Shown: positions 60,146 through 64,000 of the stretch, in pieces | How the letters are laid out: each line of letters opens with the position of its first letter | Numbering within the stretch: the stretch's first letter is position 1 | Source of the DNA: Coleofasciculus sp. B1-GNL1-01 | GTDB taxonomy: Bacteria > Cyanobacteriota > Cyanobacteriia > Cyanobacteriales > Coleofasciculaceae | Direction: 5' to 3' (one strand) | DNA length: 64,000 nt | NCBI GenBank assembly: GCA_040220235.1 | Contig: JAVJTO010000048.1 | Made by a program: the position numbers and the translations under genes | Notes under the pieces: model-generated | The model's database searches: none | The model's input: the letters and a program-made list of their open reading frames with translations, nothing else | What the model was told of the DNA's origin: nothing

Positions 60146-61555
60146 TTAATCGTCATCATCGTCATCATCATCGTCATCATCATCGTCATCATCATCGTCA
60201 TCATCATCGTCATCATCGTCATCATCATCACCACCCCAATCATCCTCTTCCTCCATTTCTACTTCTTGTTCTTCATCCGATTCTTGCACCTCATTTTCGA
60301 TTTCTTCAAACTCAACCGCCGCCACATAGGGAGAAGAAATCGCCACCGTTTCCCCGGTACTCACCAAAGCTTGATACAAAAATGCCGCCACTTCTGCCCG
60401 GGTTGCAATCTGATTAGGATTCAATAATTCGACATTAGGATAATTGACCACAATCCCTCGCTGCGTCGCCGCAGCAACTAACGGACGAACATTAACCGGA
60501 ATCGTTGATGCATCCTGATAAAACTGCAAAATGTTCGTCGCTGATCCATTCACCGAATAATTTAACCCCTGAGTTAATGCCAATAATACTTCCAATCGCG
60601 ATAACTTTTGCTTGGGGTTAAAATTATTAGCAGAATTAACCGTTAAAAACCCCGTTTCACAAGCTTCTTCAATGGCATTGTATGCCCAGTGACGGGTAGA
60701 AACATCCCGGATACTAACATTACGGATTTTCGTCTTCTCAAACGCCTTACGAATCATCGCCGCAAACTGGGCGCGAGTCACAGGTTCATTGGGACGAAAT
60801 GTGCCATCAGGAAATCCACTGAGAATATCTAAGCGTACTAATTCAGCAATAAAGTCCTGCGCCCAATAATTACTGGTAATATCCGTGAAACTCGTTTGTA
60901 CAGTTCGGCGGATTTGGGAACCACTAGCGGCGACTTGTTGCTGTTGAGTTGTCTCCCCACTCATCTGAGTGGTTGAGTTGCTTTGGCGTTGACTAGCGCG
61001 ACGGTCAACAGTTCCCTGTGTCGTTTGACGGCTGGTACTCCCGGAAGTAATTTCCGTAGTTTCACGGTTGCGGGTGCGGATGCGTTGTTCTTCAATCAGC
61101 GTCGCGGTATACCGGGCGGTCATTTTCTGGCTTAAAGTTTCATCCAGGGTGACAACTGAACCCATCTCATCCGTCCGATACGCCCACAGTTTATCCTCAC
61201 TCCCGACAATCACCAACCAGCCAGGAACTAGCGCCTGGGTACAAATCTGATCACCACCTAATCCCAAACAACCATCAGACCAGGTTTGGCGGGCGACGTT
61301 GAGGATTTTTAGCTGGGATGTATCTAAATTATGGCGACGGCTGATATCATCAAAGACAGCCTCTGCGATCGCCTCAGGTAAAGATTCAGCGGTATCCGCT
61401 TCTACTGAGGGATTTTGGGCAAGTTCCATCCCCTGAATCACCTCTAGGGGAGATGTGGGGATAGGATTCGCAACAGAAGGAGTAGCGGTGGCGATCGCGA
61501 ATCCAGCAAACGCGATCATTATCCTACTACTTGAGGCAAATAATGGTTGACTCAT
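60146..61555 (-). CDS. Secreted S-layer homology (SLH) domain protein with a poly-Asp tail
   Basis: Signal peptide; TWSDGCLG..CTQALVPGW domain; three SLH repeats (GFPDGTFRPNEPVTRAQFA; ATRAEVAA); 27 consecutive Asp. Confidence 0.85.
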   Translation of the reverse strand: MSQPLFASSSRIMIAFAGFAIATATPSVANPIPTSPLEVIQGMELAQNPSVEADTAESLPEAIAEAVFDDISRRHNLDTSQLKILNVARQTWSDGCLGLGGDQICTQALVPGWLVIVGSEDKLWAYRTDEMGSVVTLDETLSQKMTARYTATLIEEQRIRTRNRETTEITSGSTSRQTTQGTVDRRASQRQSNSTTQMSGETTQQQQVAASGSQIRRTVQTSFTDITSNYWAQDFIAELVRLDILSGFPDGTFRPNEPVTRAQFAAMIRKAFEKTKIRNVSIRDVSTRHWAYNAIEEACETGFLTVNSANNFNPKQKLSRLEVLLALTQGLNYSVNGSATNILQFYQDASTIPVNVRPLVAAATQRGIVVNYPNVELLNPNQIATRAEVAAFLYQALVSTGETVAISSPYVAAVEFEEIENEVQESDEEQEVEMEEEDDWGGDDDDDDDDDDDDDDDDDDDDDDDDDDD

Positions 61556-61733
61556 AACACGCATACCAAACACAAACAAAAGGAATCCAAAGACAGAACT
61601 GATGGGGAAACTGTTCCCATTTATTCAAACGTGGCGATTCTCAATAAACAGGAATCTGGGCAAAAATTTTCCAGAATCTGTCTCAATCCCGGTATCATAG
61701 AACAAAACGCTTAAACAAACTTCATAAAGCACC

Positions 61734-62624
61734 GTGATTACCCAACCGCGAATCCAGAACAACCCCTTAGAAAAGCACGTTTGGACTTGGCAAGGTCACT
61801 CAATTCAATACACCGTCCAGGGAACAGGTCAACCCTTGGTATTAATTCACGGCTTTGGTGCATCCATTGGACATTGGCGAAAAAATATCCCGGTGCTAGC
61901 GGATGCAGGATATCGGGTGTTTGCGATTGATCTGTTAGGATTTGGTGGATCAGATAAACCCGCCTTAGACTACAGCTTAGACGTATGGCAGGAACAGATC
62001 AAAGACTTCTGGGCTGCCCATATTAACGAACCAACGGTATTTATTGGCAACTCAATTGGGGCGCTATTGAGTTTAATGGTCGTTACCCAAGACCCAGATA
62101 TCGCCATGGGTGGTGTTTTAATTAACTGTGCAGGGGGATTAAACCACCGTCCCGATGAGTTAAATTTACCCTTACGGCTGGTGATGGGAACCTTCACCAA
62201 ATTGGTCAGTTCTAAAACCGTCGGTCCATTTTTATTTAACCGCATTCGCCAAAAAAACCGGATTCGCAACACCCTGCGTCAGGTTTACTGTGACCCCCAA
62301 GCGATTACAGAAGAATTAGTTGATTTACTCTACCAACCCTCCTGTGATCCGGGTGCCCAACAAGTCTTTGCGTCAGTCTTGACGGGTCCAGCCGGTCCTG
62401 CGCCTGGGGAATTATTACCCAAATTACACCGTCCTCTATTAGTGCTTTGGGGAGAAAATGACCCTTGGACACCCATTAATGGGGCGGCGATTTACCAGCA
62501 ACAGCGCCAAATGGAGAAAGATGTGGCGTTTTTTGCCATCCCCCAAGCGGGTCATTGTCCTCACGATGAGAAACCAGACATGGTTAATTCTCTAATTCTC
62601 GATTGGCTGAGTCATAAGACATAA
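61734..62624 (+). CDS. Alpha/beta fold hydrolase
   Basis: HGFGASIGHW, GNSIG, GHCPHDE. Confidence 0.9.
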   Translation: MITQPRIQNNPLEKHVWTWQGHSIQYTVQGTGQPLVLIHGFGASIGHWRKNIPVLADAGYRVFAIDLLGFGGSDKPALDYSLDVWQEQIKDFWAAHINEPTVFIGNSIGALLSLMVVTQDPDIAMGGVLINCAGGLNHRPDELNLPLRLVMGTFTKLVSSKTVGPFLFNRIRQKNRIRNTLRQVYCDPQAITEELVDLLYQPSCDPGAQQVFASVLTGPAGPAPGELLPKLHRPLLVLWGENDPWTPINGAAIYQQQRQMEKDVAFFAIPQAGHCPHDEKPDMVNSLILDWLSHKT

Positions 62625-62671
62625 GACGAATGACGAATGACGAATGACGAATGACGAATGACAAATAACTT

Positions 62672-63445
62672 ATGAATCCAATTCTTGCGGGTTTTATCGC
62701 CAGTTTACTGGCGGGACTCGCAACCTTTGTCGGTGCGTTACCCGTATTTTTACCCATCCGCTTAACCCACCGATTACAAGCGATCGCGTTAGGATTCGGG
62801 GGTGGGGTAATGCTAGCCGCGACCTCGTTTTCATTAATTGTACCGGGTAAAGATGCGGCGATTTCTCAAGGCGCTTCCCAAATAGTTGCGGCGTTAATTA
62901 TGGGTGTGGGTGTGCTTTTGGGAACGGCGTTTTTAGGGTTAAGTAATAAGTATCTACCCCACGAACATTTTCATAAGGGTTCAGAAGGGGTAAATTCTCA
63001 ACATCTCAGACGCATTTGGTTATTTATTATCGCGATTACAATTCATAACTTTCCCGAAGGCTTGGCGGTTGGGGTTAACTTTGGTGCAGGAAATCCGGCG
63101 CAGGGAATTCCTTTGGCGATCGGAATTGGATTGCAGAATATTCCAGAGGGTTTGGTTGTAGCGGTTTCGTTGTTAGCTGAAGGCTACTCAAGCTTTTATG
63201 CTGTGGGGGTTTCGTTGTTGACAGGGTTAGTCGAACCCGTGGGGGGTTTACTCGGTGCAGGTGTGGTGGCGATCGCACAACCACTTTTACCCTGGGGAAT
63301 GGCATTTGCAGCGGGCGCAATGCTATTTGTGATTAGCGATGAAATTATCCCCGAATCCCATCATCAAGGTCGCGAACACGAAGCCACAATTGGGATTATG
63401 GTAGGATTCGTGATCATGATGCTTCTCGATATTGGCTTAGGTTGA
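62672..63445 (+). CDS. ZIP-family (ZupT/GufA) metal transporter
   Basis: HNFPEGLAVG, QNIPEG, HEHFH loop. Confidence 0.9.
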   Translation: MNPILAGFIASLLAGLATFVGALPVFLPIRLTHRLQAIALGFGGGVMLAATSFSLIVPGKDAAISQGASQIVAALIMGVGVLLGTAFLGLSNKYLPHEHFHKGSEGVNSQHLRRIWLFIIAITIHNFPEGLAVGVNFGAGNPAQGIPLAIGIGLQNIPEGLVVAVSLLAEGYSSFYAVGVSLLTGLVEPVGGLLGAGVVAIAQPLLPWGMAFAAGAMLFVISDEIIPESHHQGREHEATIGIMVGFVIMMLLDIGLG

Positions 63446-63723
63446 ACCGATACCTCGACAAAACTAAGCATATACCACGATCTATTACTTTTGTCTAGCT
63501 CCATCTATATTTACTTTATAAATAAACCTCCATCGGTGAATCCACGCGGACTTTTCGGGAATTTCACCCAAAAATTTCCGTAGTTCTCAGGATGTTTTTT
63601 GGGCTGAGATCTCCCAAAATTGAATTGGGTGAATTCTGTGAGGGACTACCCTCAGCAAGCCAGGTCAATGATTAGATTGTCTGGCGACTTCGATTGTCAG
63701 TTGGTTGCATCTAACAAAAACAC

Positions 63724-64000
63724 ATGAATCTTGAAGACATTGCTCGGTATTACATTGATACCCCAGCGTATGATCTCTCGCCTTCCGTCGTGAAAGGCTT
63801 CCGTCAGTTTATCGTGGATATAGCACAGGTAGAACTCCAGGGTATGGAGTTTCAGTATGTTGATTTTTTCCCTTACATGAAAGGAACAGAACTGAGCTTA
63901 GAGCATATCTATAGGGATTACGACCACGGTAAACTAATGATTACCACTCAGTTCAACAACTCTGATCTTTTGGGTTCAGACATTAACCTGATTTTCCGCT
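63724..64000 (+). CDS. Hypothetical protein, truncated by the window end
   Basis: Open from ATG 63724 to the end (MNLEDIARYYIDTP...INLIFR). Confidence 0.6.
   Translation, partial: MNLEDIARYYIDTPAYDLSPSVVKGFRQFIVDIAQVELQGMEFQYVDFFPYMKGTELSLEHIYRDYDHGKLMITTQFNNSDLLGSDINLIFR

Noticed and set aside
59941..60417. His-rich ORF
   Set aside because: Antisense shadow of the poly-Asp codons plus repeat DNA

Overview
64 kb of a cyanobacterial chromosome, probably a filamentous Oscillatoriales/Coleofasciculus-like strain. This assignment is an inference from frequent HIP1 GCGATCGC sites, 7-nt STRR tandem repeats and many GTAG-headed REP-like palindromes. Contents in order: (1) a complete Ptx/Pix-type phototaxis cluster (PatA, CheY, CheW, a 7-GAF cyanobacteriochrome MCP, CheA, CheW); (2) a defence/accessory stretch with a BamHI-like C-R-M system and an aspartyl-protease pair separated by direct repeats ending at HIP1, a Trypco1 + trypsin-NACHT-HEAT system carrying an in-frame palindromic insertion, Uma2 and MNT-HEPN; (3) mntCAB with ManR-like boxes, aroE and other housekeeping genes; (4) a 2.7-kb segment between two inverted MITEs holding an XRE-IrrE gene with a degenerate active site and an unknown coupled gene pair; (5) GCS2, avtA, recR (apparent ACG start), an ABC exporter, CruE-like and Rieske oxygenases; (6) a second REP-bracketed R-M system; (7) cheB-cheR-PAS kinase-PAS kinase, in which two genes have disrupted starts; (8) a cation-chloride cotransporter, argC, SmtB-like regulator, an SLH protein with a 27-Asp tail, a hydrolase, a ZIP transporter and a partial ORF. 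No rRNA, tRNA, CRISPR array or intact transposase was seen. The most notable pattern is that both R-M systems sit as cassettes between same-orientation copies of a related REP element.
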